Shown: piece after piece, positions 12,151-25,174 of the stretch | Layout: each line of letters begins with the position of its first letter | Numbering within the stretch: position 1 is the first letter of the stretch | From: Podarcis pityusensis | Lineage: Eukaryota | Assembly: GCA_964106645.2 (NCBI GenBank) | Contig: OZ067046.1 | DNA: 64,000 nt | Reading direction: 5' to 3' (one strand) | The notes under the pieces: model-generated | Database searches by the model: none | What the model was told of the DNA's origin: nothing | The model's input: only the letters and a program-made list of their open reading frames with translations | Translations under genes and position numbers: made by a program

Positions 12151-12713
12151 TCTGTGATTCTGCTCCCCCTGCAATGAACCCTGAAGAGACCGCTACTGTT
12201 GCTTTGTTTCTAAACATCTATCCTCAAGTTAACCGTTTTTAAACGAAGCCTAAGTGTAAAGAACTGCCAAGCTCATTTGATACATAACTGCAAAGTCATT
12301 AAGGAGGTGGAATTAGCCTCCAATCAAATTTCTAAATGGTCAGCTAGACCACTAGAAAAGGTGAACAGGCAACCACAGTGGAGCCTAAGTGGCCATTTTC
12401 CTCCCAGGCTATATCTGCATTGGATTTGAAATTGTTTTTACATGTATTTTCATTGTTGACTTTTTATTGTAATTTGCTTTGGGATGTTTCATGGGAAGTG
12501 ATTCATAAATGAAGCAGATAAACTGAAAGAAGGATGAAGATTGGAACCAGGGGCTCTGGAGGTCAGCAGTGGGAGACCTCCTGGGTGTCAGCCACAGCTG
12601 ATGCTTAACTCCTGGGCTGCAGGGGCTGTATGCACATTTCATGCATAGCCACACAACAACAACCCACAACTCACAAGTAGAAAGAGGCATGAAGTGGATG
12701 AAAGGCTCATTTA

Positions 12714-13058
12714 CAGTGGTGCCTCGCCACTGTATTCCGCGAGTATCTTCGTCTAGCGGTTTTTTCGTCTTGCGAAGCAACCCTATTAGCGGATTAGCGG
12801 ATTAGCGCTATTAGTGGTTTAGCGGCTATTAAAGGCTTAGCGGCTTAGTGGCTTAGCTGCTAAAAGGCTATTAAAGGCTTAGCGGCATAGAAAAAGGGGG
12901 GGGGAGCGAAAAAAAATCTCAAGACTCGCAAGACATTTTCGTCTTGCGAAGCAAGCCCATAGGGAAATTCGTCCTGCGAAGCGCATTGAAAAACGGAAAA
13001 CCCTTTCGTCTAGCGGGTTTTCCGTCTTGCGAGGCATTCGTCTTGCGGGGCACCACTG
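12714..13058. mobile_element. Tigger-like MITE, second family (CAGTGGTGCC TIR) with internal ttagcgg-type microrepeats
   Basis: TA-CAGTGGTGCCTCGC ... GCGGGGCACCACTG-TA; internal cgtcttgcga and ttagcgg repeats. Confidence 0.85.
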
Positions 13059-15044
13059 TATTGCCTGTGGCTCTCACAGGGTTGGACTGAGTCCTGGCAG
13101 ATTTGTCTAAGCGTATCAAAGCATTTTGTGTTTTCCACCCTATAGGTTTATGTGGCATCAGGGCATAAAGAACATTTTTGGAGTTGAATTGCAGAAAATT
13201 CAAATGGAAAAAAAACCTTTGCAGGTCCCTATCTAGTCAGTCAAGATGCACAGCAAGAAAAGTTTGCATTTACCACAGGGGTAGCTGCTACTGCATGCTT
13301 AAACACACACGACACTCCTGCCTTTAGTTCTGTCTGCTTTTCCATTTAAATGGTGGAAATTGTACCTTGCAAATCATCTGCTGCTCTGAAATCTTGACCT
13401 GAGCAGAACAGCAGGCCCATCTAGGCTCCCTGAAGAACCATACCCAAAGGGCAGGCACTGCATACTTTTCTTACAACTACTTCTCAGAGTCTCTTGGGCA
13501 GCTTTCCAACAAGTTTTTAAGATTTCTTATAGTCCTCCCATGGCACCATTTCCCCCCTGTAATCCATCAAGCAGAAAGCCAGTAATCTAATTGAGATTTC
13601 CAATGGTTGTAAATATTTCACTGTAATAACACAGGTCACAATTCATTAGCCTCACATCATTAGCTCCAGCACTTAATATCAGCAGACCTCATTTTTCATT
13701 TTAAATTCAACACCTTTGAAACACCTGAAGTGTAGCAGTGACCTCTAAAGTACATAGATGGAGAGAGCGATTCAAGTGGTCGCATTGTTTTCAAAGCCGC
13801 CTTCTGCGGAAGGATAAGTTGTGCGGCTATTCTCCTGCTGATTATTATACAGATAAGGAACTTTTCATTCTCTTTTCTTGTTAAATATTTGCACATATCT
13901 TTCAAGAGCATAAACTTGAACTGAATCAGCTATTAATCAGTTTCTAATCCACATGTTTATAGTTCCATGTAATCCTCACAGGTACTATCATAGCAGAATT
14001 ATTTGTTGAACATGCAACAGTGGGCAATTGTTCCACTGAAGTACATTTTTCATCTTCCCAATTTTCATTGTGTTGCTCGTTAAAACAAGACACTCAAGAC
14101 GTGGGCTCATAGAAAGATTCTCAGCTCTGTAAAAGCACATTTCCAACCTCACTACTCCCCGTTGCATAAAGGGAAGATTGATTCCAGAGCCCAAAGCAGA
14201 ATTACATTTTGAAACATGACAATTATATTAATGACTCAGAGCCTGCACTTGGTTATGACTGACTCTCACTGTTGAAAATGTTAAGCATCGTAAGTGCTAG
14301 GCTTGCTGCAACATGAGTGAAGATCATCGGAAGCAACTCTCCACACCTTTTCAGAGTGGGCGTGCCATTAGCTACTCATCTGGTTGCTTGTAGTGAGTGA
14401 AGATTGCATCCAGGTGAGTACAGAGCCTGTCGTGTGCTCAACTACCAGAGTGTTGTACTATTTCACACTGTACTGCGCTATAATATCGCACATGGCCCTT
14501 GCTCCTCCTTAGATTCCTACATTCCTTCCAGCACTATAGTTCTATGATTCTAGAGCCAGGCTACACCAATGATAGATCACATACTAGAACTAATATGGGA
14601 ACATAACACTGAGGGGATTGTATGAATGAATGGTCCCCCATAGAAAAACACACACTGCCCATTCAAAACTAGATGTACCAGAATAAGCTAAGAACCTTAT
14701 CATTGTAGCTTTTTCACAACCTGAAACTGGCAAGAAGCATTATTAGTCAATGATTTCACCTGAGCATCCAAAAGCAACACCAAGAGCTAAGAGAGAAACT
14801 ACTTTGCATTGAATAATGATCATTTCTAACCAACAAAAGAGTGCCTTAAAACAATATATGCATTTGTATTGTATTATTTTTTGCAAGCCACCTTGGAGCC
14901 AATTCTGGATTGAAAGGCAAGATAGAGCTCAAATGAACAAACAGATGCAAGATATTTTGTTTTATTTGGAAATATAGAAAAATAGATTTTGTACATCTCC
15001 ATTTCCACAAATGCAGTGTCTTGATTCATACAGTATTGCCTTAC

Positions 15045-15272
15045 TCTGCCCTTTCAAGACGGCTGTGTGAACTGTCTGATATCATAAAGCAGAAAAAGCT
15101 CTTCTCTGAGAATGAGCACTCAAATCTGACAGGTACTCTCTGCAAGCGTACTGCGATTTTACGGTATGAAACCACAGAGAACTTGGAGTCAGCTAATGCT
15201 GCCAAATTGTTTTGGGCTTCCAAATCGTGAAGCTTGTTCTCAATTTCGGACTTGGCAGTGGTTAAATTAACC
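15045..15272 (-). other. Possible symmetric coding exon of an unidentified gene (low confidence)
   Basis: 228 nt between TTTTACAG and GTAAGG, with an open frame VNLTTAKSEIENKLHDLEAQNN...RLERA. Peptide not recognised. Confidence 0.2.
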
Positions 15273-16589
15273 CTGTAAAATGAACCTCGGAAAACTCACT
15301 TTACTCCATTAGATTGGTTGCTGTCTCCCCCAGGAAAATCTCCCATCATCCACAGACTGTAACCCAGGCAGTAAGTGAAGACGTCATAGACACAGGGAGT
15401 TCTCCCATTTCTGATCTTAAAACCACAGCAAGCATATCTGGAGGACACCGAGTATTAACTTCAGAAATGACAAGGACTCCCATAGCTCAGCCCCATATGC
15501 AATTGGTGGGTGAACTGTTGGAAATTTCAAGCCAGACAGAACCAGTTTGCAACAATGTTGGCTCTTAACACACCACACACTGAAAGCACATTTAAAGCAC
15601 AAGACTCCCGCCTGCCTTCCAAAGAATCCTGAGAATTTTAGTTTACCCTTCACAGAGGTATAATTCCTAGGAGGAGGAGGTGGTGGTGGTGGTTGTTTTA
15701 TAGGGAGTCATGTGCTTTTAATGCAAGGTGTGTATACAGCCATTGTCTCCAAAGCTCAGCATATTTCTAAATCTGTAGATTTTGCTGTTTGCAAACAAGA
15801 ATGCCAGCTTATAAGGCCCCAAATAAAACAACCAGATGCTTAGGAGATATTTCACACGCTTTATCTGCTGCTCACCAATATGCCAGGAATTCAATGACAT
15901 CTTCTCATGTTTGTTTGTTTTTTGGTGTTTTTGAACCTCAACAATTTTGGGGATTTCCTTTAAAAAGCCAAACAACTTTTGGGGTGTCCTGGTTTTTACT
16001 TTTTGAAATATGGCAACCCTAGGGAAAGTACAATATCTTCACTACATAAAAGTACAGAGATCCCTTAATAAAAAAACTAAAAATGTTTTTTTAAAGCAGA
16101 GAGATCCAAAACTGCAAATGGGACAAATCTGCCCTAAAGTTCAGGCAATACATGATTCATGTCAGAGGCAAGGAACTGGAACATATCCATGTTGAGTCAC
16201 AGGTTTATGACAGGAGAGCAGATGAAAGCAGTGTAACTTCTACCCACGAATTAGACTTAAAAGCTTTACCCAAATGTTAACACAGTCTGAAATCACTGTT
16301 CATGAGATATTAAAACAGGATGAGCAGCTAACCTGTGAACCTCAAAATGTTGTACTCCAACTCTACTTCATCAGCTGCAGCCAGCATAGTCAATGATCAG
16401 TGCTGATGGGAGCTGCAGCTCAACTGCAGCTCTCTTGGCAGGAATAGGAAATGGCCAATTTTTCTTTTCCTACCATAATCTATCCTTATTTAGTAAGGCA
16501 GCCAGTGGCCTTACCATCTAGTACAGTCTTCCTACTGGATTTTTATTTTATTTATTTAGTTTTATTTATTAAATTTGTATATTGCCCTT

Positions 16590-16944
16590 GGTGGGACATG
16601 GGTGGCACTGTGGGTTAAACCACAGAGCCTAGGACTTGCCAATCAGAAGGTCGGCGGTTCGAATCCCCACGACGGGGTGAGCTCCCGTTGCTCAGTCCCT
16701 GCTCCTGCCAACCTAGCAGTTCAAAAGCACGTCAAAGTGCAAGTAGATAAATAGGTACCGCTCCGGCGGGAAGGTAAATGGCGTTTCCGTGCGCTGCTCT
16801 GGTTCGCCAGAAGCGGCTTAGTCATGCTGGCCACATGACCCAGAAGCTGTACGCTGGCTCCCTCAGCCAATAAAGCAAAATGAGTGCCGCAACCCCAGAG
16901 TCAGTCACGACTGGACCTAATGGTCAGGTGTCCCTTTACCTTTT
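16590..16944 (+). mobile_element. Sauria SINE (Squam1), full length
   Basis: tRNA-like head with B box GGTTCGAATCC, Sauria body, ACCTTT tail; 12-bp TSD tatattgccctt/tatactgccctt; inserted in an L2-like tail. Confidence 0.93.
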
Positions 16945-18996
16945 TATACTGCCCTTCATCAGTTGATCTCAGGGCGGTTCACAACATAAAAATACAAGAT
17001 TAAAAACACAAAATGTATAATAAAGCAACAACAACAAGAAAAAAACCCAATAACTTCCCCACCCCTTCTCACAAATACATTTAAAAGGGAACATTTTTCC
17101 CTGGCCTAAAGGTATATATAATGAAGGCGCCGACCAAACCTCCCTGGTTCGTAAAAATGATCAGGGGCACTGCTACACACTGTATGGTGCTTTTGTAATA
17201 TTTGCTTTATTTGCAGATATGCAAGCAGAGGAGAAGCAAATGCACACCACCAGTAAATTCACCGATGCTGTATCAGATCCCCAGAGAGAAACTAGCATGG
17301 CTCCCCATCTGCCCCCACAGCTGCAGCTCAGCTTCAATTAGAAACTCTCAACTCTATGGGCTTTTCAAAACTGCAAAGTGTACTTTTGCCTTCTCTGTGC
17401 CCTACTGTTCTGCCGGAAGGGTGTCACTTTATCCAAAGCATAATGGGCATCTAATTTTTAAAGAGAGGGGAAACAGAGTTTTAGCTATCAGGAGACCATC
17501 TGTCATCTTTATTTATTTATCGGTCGATTCTTAGCCCACCCTTCAGCAGCTTGTGGGTGAAGTCACTCAAGAGTGAATTAAAATAACAATATTACAATAA
17601 AACCAGAAAAAAGCCTTGTGAGTCTCTTGTGTGGCCCCTGATATTCAAGCCAACTTTGCCACTGCCATCCTTTCCCTCTACCTAGTTTTGCAAAATCCTA
17701 CATTTCCTGCTTTCTGGCATTCATCATGGTCAGCTCTCTGTGAGCTGCTTCTGGAAGACCTACTGACAGCCATGTTCTGTGGGCTGACCACAAAAAAATG
17801 CTTGCCTATACAATGAATGCTATCTTCTTCTGCCCTCTTTAATTATCCCCATTAGAGAGACAGGGAAATTGAGGTAGCAGCATACTTCTATGCCCAAGGT
17901 GACAGGCATTTCTAGGAGCTCAGGGTGGCAATTTTGCTTCACAATGGTTTTGTGAGATGCACTAGACAGAGTGGCTTACCAGAGAAGCCTCCCACAACCA
18001 TATTCATCTATTCACTGAACACAATCAGTACTCCACTAATGTCTGGTCACTTGACAAGGATTTGTCACTTGTAACAAAAATGACGGGGGATTAATAAAAC
18101 AGCTATGGATTTAGAAGGCAAGTCTCTTAACCAAGGGAAGCTGTAGAGGTTGCTATGCCATCCTTCACAATTTTCATTTAGATAAAATTTCAGTAGATAA
18201 AACTTTAACTACCAGCAAGCTTCACTGATTTTCTGTTATCCTTTCTCCTCCAAATCGGAAGCAGATATTGAATTACATAACCATTAAAAAAAAAATACCT
18301 TGACTTTGTTGTGTCCTAGCAGCATCCTTATCAATGAAAGAAAGCAGTGCTTTCAACATTATTTCTTAGATAAAGGCCAAAGTATGCTTGCCCTGATAGA
18401 ATTTACAGCATGCTACTATCCACAGGATTTCCTACAGAGGTTTCTAAAGCACATCTTCCATATCTGAAATGATGCATAAACCATACATTTATACATCACC
18501 AAAAAAACAAGGTGCTGGCACTCATACTTTGATAAATTGTAAAATGCCTCTTCCATCCCTCTCCTCTTCCTGAACCCACTTCCCTCTGTTGAATTTGTGA
18601 GGAGCTTTTAATTTTTTTAAAAAGATGGTAAAAATAACAAATACATAATAAAAATAAAAATGTTTAACAGCTTATAAGATGACGTTTTATTATTTTGAGT
18701 TGTAAAGAATTAAAAATTACAACTAGTGCAAAGGGGACCAGTCACAAAATTACCAGTGTCTGTTATAGAGGGCATGGCCTAGCACAAATTTAGAGCGAAT
18801 TGGAGCATTGCTGCTTGCCCCCACCCACCTCATGGTTACCATGGAGTGAGCTCTATGTCCTGCTGGCCCTGTTTCTGGGAATCACACACTATTGATTTTC
18901 TACACACCGAGCTTAAATGGGGCATATAAATAAACAGTAACAGAACACATGCAATGCTGTTGCTGTCTACTAACAAGAGAAGGTAGAACACACCTT

Positions 18997-19234
18997 GGTA
19001 AAAGGTAAAGGTAAAGGGACCCCTGATCATTAGGTCCAGTCGTGACCGACTCTGGGGTTGCGGCGCTCATATCGCTTTATTGGCCGATGGAGCCGGCGTA
19101 CAGCTTCTGGGTCATGTGGCCAGCAGGACTAAGCCACTTCTGGCGAACCAGAGCAGCATACGGAAACGCCGTTTACCTTCCCGCTGTAGTGGTACCTATT
19201 TATCTACCTGCAATTTGACGTGCTTTCGAACTGC
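18997..19234 (-). mobile_element. Sauria SINE, 5'-truncated
   Basis: (AAAGGT)n tail and body matching the reverse complement of 16590-16944. Confidence 0.9.
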
Positions 19235-19478
19235 AGGGAAAAATTACACAGAAGCCAACCACATTCTCTCTTGCATGCGCACGGCACACAAATGCACACA
19301 TTGTACACATACAGATCGCAGACACACATGCATCTCCTTGTCTCTCTCACTCACACACTTCGCCTATACACAACCACACACATGTAGCTCCCTCCCTCTC
19401 TCTTTCTCTCTGCCCAAGTGCATCTCTCCCCTCCTTAGGGACCTCATACATAAATTGAAGGAGGAGGAGGAGAAGTAC

Positions 19479-19479
19479 G

Positions 19480-19522
<43 letters not shown>
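19479..19522. repeat. (AAC)n microsatellite
   Basis: Direct reading. Confidence 0.95.
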
Positions 19523-19554
19523 GGCGAAGGAGGCACCCACTGCCAGGAACATGC

Positions 19555-20552
19555 ATGGATAGAAGAGTGACTAGTGGGGTGCCACAGGGTTCTGTCTTGG
19601 GCCCGGTCTTATTCAACATCTTTATCAACGACTTGGATGATGGACTCAAGGGCATCCTGATCAAATTTGCAGATGACACCAAATTGGGAGGGGTGGCTAA
19701 CACCCCAGAGGACAGGATCACACTTCAAAATGACCTTGACAGATTAGAGAACTGGGCCAAAACAAACAAGATGAATTTTAACAGGGAGAAATGTAAAGTA
19801 TTGCACTTGGGCAAAAAAAATGAGAGGCACAAATACAAGATGGGGGACACCTGGCTTGAGAGCAGTACATGTGAAAAGGATCTAGGAGTCTTGGTTGACC
19901 ACAAACTTGACATGAGCCAACAGTGTGACGCGGCAGCTAAAAAAGCCAATGCAATTCTGGGCTGCATCAATAGGAGTATAGCATCTAGATCAAGGGAAGT
20001 AATAGTGCCACTGTATTCTGCTCTGGTCAGACCTCACCTGGAGTACTGTGTCCAGTTCTGGGCACCACAGTTCAAGAAGGACATTGACAAACTGGAACGT
20101 GTCCAGAGGAGGGCAACCAAAATGGTCAAAGGCCTGGAAACGATGCCTTATGAGGAACGGCTAAGAGAGCTGGGCATGTTTAGCCTGGAGAAGAGGAGGT
20201 TAAGGGGTGATATGATAGCCATGTTCAAATATATAAAAGGATGTCACATAGAGGAGGGAGAAAGGTTGTTTTCTGCTGCTCCAGAGAAGCGGACACGGAG
20301 CAATGGATCCAAACTACAAGAAAGAAGATTCCACCTAAACATTAGGAAGAACTTCCTGACAGTAAGAGCTGTTCGACAGTGGAATTTGCTGCCAAGGAGT
20401 GTGGTGGAGTCTCCTTCTTTGGAGGTCTTTAAGCAGAGGCTTGACAACCATATGTCAGGAGTGCTCTGATGGTGTTTCCTGCTTGGCAGGGGGTTGGACT
20501 CGATGGCCCTTGTGGTCTCTTCCAACTCTATGATTCTATGATGGTATGATTC
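19555..20552 (+). mobile_element. CR1 LINE, 5'-truncated, with an intact ORF2 C-terminus (RT; stop at 20469) and 3' UTR/(TTCTATGA)-type tail
   Basis: [46 protein letters not shown] motifs; 3' end ttccaactctatgattctatga. Confidence 0.96.
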
Positions 20553-20679
20553 TAACCCCATTGTTCGTCCCTTCCCTCCACATTATTTTTAAAAAGTAAC
20601 CCCCTGTGGAATGAAAGAGGCAAGTACCTCTGGCTGGGAGGCAGCCTGGTCAAAGATGCTGGTACTCATTCCAGAGAAA

Positions 20680-20681
<2 letters not shown>

Positions 20682-20752
<71 letters not shown>
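20682..20752. repeat. Compound (GT)n(GA)n microsatellite
   Basis: Direct reading. Confidence 0.95.
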
Positions 20753-20757
<5 letters not shown>

Positions 20758-21177
20758 TCTTCTGTGCTGTCATTAGAAAGGGACCAGCTTTCTCTGCAGC
20801 GGGTGTGCAAATATGGATCTCTGGTGCTACATTATTAATAACCAAGTGCAATGCAAAGATAAAATGTGCATCCCGTCTACTGAAATCCTGTCTCCAACCA
20901 TCTCTAGGACTCAGCTACATTAGTAAAAAGAAGTGACACTAGATGGTGCTGTGGAGCTGAAATTGGAACTCTGTGAAATTTTCCACTGTGAGCTTTAAAA
21001 CCGGTTCCTCCTCGCCCGCCCCCGAACATTTTCAGAACATTTTCAGAGCATTTTTTTTATAGCTGTGTAGATGCAGCCCTGGTCTCCATTTTTACACCCA
21101 AGGTCAGTTGTGCTGACCCCAGATCTTGTTTTTGTCCTCACCACCACTAATTAGGCTGTCTAAGAAGCAAAATGTTT

Positions 21178-21480
21178 ATCTGGGTAAGCTGGCCACAGTT
21201 ATACACAGTCTGGTAACCTCCCAGCTTGACTACTTTAATGTGTTCTACATAGGACTACACTTGAAAATGGTTCAGAAACTGCAGCTAGTGCAGAATGCTG
21301 CTGCCAGAGTACTCAGTGGCATTTCAGTGTGCACTCATATAAACACCTATTCTGTGGCATCTGCATTGGCTGTCTATATGTTACCAGGCCCAATTTAAAG
21401 CATTGAAGTTTATGTATAAAACTCAGAGACTTGGGTCCTGGGTATATATCTGAGTATCTCTACCCTTCCCAGGGTTTAAG
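21178..21480 (+). mobile_element. L2 LINE ORF2 3' fragment, decayed
   Basis: Translation LATVIHSLVTSQLDYFNVFYIGL..VQKLQLVQNAAARVL, typical of the L2 RT C-terminus. Confidence 0.85.
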
Positions 21481-24400
21481 GCTGGCTGAAGGGGTATTTC
21501 TTGTCCCATCAGCAAAAGTTGCGTGTTTTGTGGCATCTCAGCTGTCACAGTGGGATTTTCTTCTCCTAGAATCACAGGTGACTGATTCAGAACAAGCTTC
21601 AGGAGAGTCCCAGGGGCCAGACAGAGAGGCCTAGAGGCCACATCCCGCCCCCAGACAGGAGGGAACTCAACCTATAGTACATTGTGCATACTCTAACAGT
21701 GTCTTCACTATCAAAGGCCCCTCAGTAGTCAAAATATAGGCTGGAATCTCTCACAACTGCAGGAGGCTCACACTTTCCATCCTAGTGTTGATGGAGCCCT
21801 CAAAAAAAGAAAAGAGGATCTAATTTACAAGCTCAATACATGTGGAAATGCTCTGGACTTCTAGGGCCATTTATTCGCTGGAGCGCAATGAGATCAATTC
21901 ACATCTGAAAAAAGAGGAAAGGGAGAGAGAAACAGCCTCTGAGTTAATAGGCTGTAAAGGACAAAAGTTGAAAATTAAATGTTATGGCTTAAGCAGTTCA
22001 ACATCCAGCTCCTCCATTAGGGAAATAAAGCAAAACTCCTCACAGAGGAAAGGAAGACAATCTCTCCTCTAATAGTGCAGAGTTTTCTCTGCAACATGAA
22101 TTTGAGCTATAGTGCTTGATGTTGTGTGGCGATAAAGAGGAAGCAGCAAGAGCCATCAGGAAGGAGGGCGTAAATGTGGTGCTAAAGAGAGAGGAGGAAA
22201 TCTTGGTGTCCACACACTGGCTCATTAGAACTGGCTGTCTTTTAACTGCTTTTCAAAAAACACCACCAAGCTTGGAAGAACCTCCTTATTTAATTCCAGG
22301 AGCAATTAAGGAAAGGGAAACACAGGCCGGGCAACTGCAGGCTGCTCATTACATCTGCTGTGCCAAAGGGGGCAGATTTGAAATGTGAAGATCAGATAAT
22401 TTATAAATGTAATTTTGGATATCAAGGACAAGAAGGGAGCTGAAACAAGATTAATGGAGGGAGCATCTTCTGCACAGCACTATTTTCGATACTTTAACAG
22501 GCCAGTGTTGAAAGGTGGCGCCTCGTGGATCAACTTCTCGTAAAAGCGGTTTTTATTTAGGCATAAGGCAAGGCTTTTAAAATATATTCCACAAAACACT
22601 TTGATTTAGTAGTCACACACATTAACATCCTCCAGCAAGACTTTGCTGCTCAGGAACCTGTGGCAGTTTTATTTGTTGATGTTATTTATATATGGCAAAG
22701 CCGGTGTAGCAGAAGCCTCCGATTCATTTGGAAACTTGAACTCTCTCAGCAATATAACGTACAAGGCAGCAAGGAAAAGGGATATCTGAGAGCAAGAGGC
22801 TTCCACTCTCAGTCCTTATCTCAAAAGCCCATTATGTGGTAAAGGGCTCAACCTTGGCTCTCATTTCACACTGCGAATGCTACATAAGCAGAGGTGTCGC
22901 ATACATAGTAAGCGGAAGAGGCAAGTCTCAGATCCTGCCCATAACAGATGTGCTGAAATGTATGACCTGGGCTTCCTATAGAGAGGGGCAAGCGCTCTCT
23001 GCAAGGGTACTTGAGAAGGAATTCTAAAGTCCACCTAGACATTACTTCTCCAGGGCCAACCAGCTGGTAAGGACACACAGAGCACAGATTCACAGAAAAT
23101 AACTGCATGCAGCCAATTTCAAAGGAAAGAAGTACCAAGCAGTTTAGGACTCAGTGGTGATGGTGATGACAGAGACAGTAAATGCTGTCATGGGCTAATA
23201 ATTGGGAGTGGGTTGGAGTTATTTACAAGACTGAGGGGAGTGAGGAAACAGACCCTAGTCCAGGGCATCTGATCCTATTTGCAGGCAGGGCCAATCAATC
23301 AATGGAAACTGTCAGCAAGTCCTGCTTTACAAGAAACAACCAGGAGAGCACTTGAAGACTCCCAACAGTTCTTTTGTAGCTATGTGTTTATTTGTCGTTG
23401 CCCCCACCTAATGTCACATATAACATCAGGTGTGGGGCAGGTGATTGTCGCGTGGGGAAAACAGCCCCATGGACCAAATAAGGATCCTTGCCGGGCCTAA
23501 TATCTCCCATGGGCTGGAAGTTTCCTGAGCCTCCCCTAGACTCATGAGATTTAAAACATCTCGCCTAGTTAGCACTTCATCAGAACATCTGCAAACCAGT
23601 GGCTTCAAAGCCAAGGCGCTCCGTCACCTGATTACTGATCAGAAGAGCAACACCATATTAAAAATGTATTTTCTCCATCACTACTAGGCTTGTTTCTCTG
23701 AATATCCCTCCCCCCCCCAAAAAAAACCAGTACTGCTCTTTTCTTTAGAGTGCTAGAATTTGACTCAATTTCCAGAAAAGTAGGACACTAAGCAGATGTG
23801 TCAAGCATCTGGTATCCTTGTTGGGGTCTGGATGACATTGCCAAATAATTTATTGTCTAAGCTTTTACTTGTAAAAATAAGGATAAAGCTGCTCTGTGGG
23901 GGAAAACTATATAGGCATCAAGGCCATGACTCAGCTGCAGGGAGGATACTCTAGGGCACTGTTTGAGTTCCTCCGTCTGCAAGGACCATTGAGTGTACTA
24001 GAGGACATAAGTCTGCAAAATACACAGCTTCCCATCCACAGAACTGAATGGGGCAGTTTGCATGCATAGTGGAATACAACGCAGGACTCCTGAACGGCGG
24101 CGAATCTTTTCCCGAGCCTCCAAATGAACAGCTTGAAACTGCAGTTCATTTCACCTCTATAATAATTGCCTCTAAATGAGAAGACATCATTTTAAATGGG
24201 ACCATTCACTATTTCACTAGCACTATTTTTTAGCAGACAGAGTGGCTCAAAGACAGAATTGAAATCTGTGATACAGAAAAGGATAGGCAAATGAGAAAAA
24301 GATTCAAAGGCAGCTTCAAGAAACAGAGGAAGGAGGGTGAGCTAGAAAAGAAGGAAAATGATGGTTACTCTGTCTTAAGGAGGGGATTTGTTTGGATGTG

Positions 24401-25104
24401 AAATGTCAGTAATAATTTGAATTATAATTCTATGCTATTTTATTTCACTTTTTTTTTTTTGCTTCCTAGGGTCTCTGTTACAATATTTTCATCTGCATTA
24501 TCTTCAGATTCAAAGCTTCTTTCACAGTTGAGCAATGTCATTCCTAAGTATCTTAAAATTTGCATTTTACAAGCACATAGTGTACTTGGACTGCCAAAAT
24601 GCTTCTGAAAAGGTACTTCACCAAAGGAGTCTGGGTAAGCTAGCGGCCATGGAATAAGATGAGAGGTTCTCTTGTGGGTCGGGAATTGGTTAAGTAGCAG
24701 GGAGCTGATCCACAGAATCGACATTCTGCTTCAGATGTACACCCAAGATTCTACAACAGGACATATATAATTTTAATACATTTTCTTCTTTGCACTGTAC
24801 TTTTGTTCCATTTCTGCTTTCTGCACCATATTGAACAACAGAATGGTTCCCTTTTCATCTCTCTCAATCGAGTTTGAATAATTTATAATGGTCTGTACAT
24901 CTAGCATTTTCCTAGTGGCAGTCCTGGTTCACAAAGCAGCTTCTCCATTTTCTCCTTTCCTGGAATTCCAGTTCCTTCTCTTCTTTATTAAGAAATCTCT
25001 TAGATGGCAGCGCTCCCAGGCAGTAAGCTTATATCCTTGATTCGTGCCCCACTGTCACACACTGATTGGCCATGTCAACAATGCTGGCACACGTATGGAC
25101 AAGT

Positions 25105-25107
<3 letters not shown>

Positions 25108-25173
<66 letters not shown>

Positions 25174-25174
25174 A
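25108..25174. repeat. Compound (CT)n(CA)n microsatellite
   Basis: Direct reading. Confidence 0.95.

Noticed and set aside
14357-14413. Plus-strand TTTCAG...CAG|GTGAGT mini-exon
   Set aside because: Stops in all three frames and no other support.
19080-19721. Poly-N/V/L ORFs
   Set aside because: Translations of SINE sequence and the (AAC)n microsatellite.
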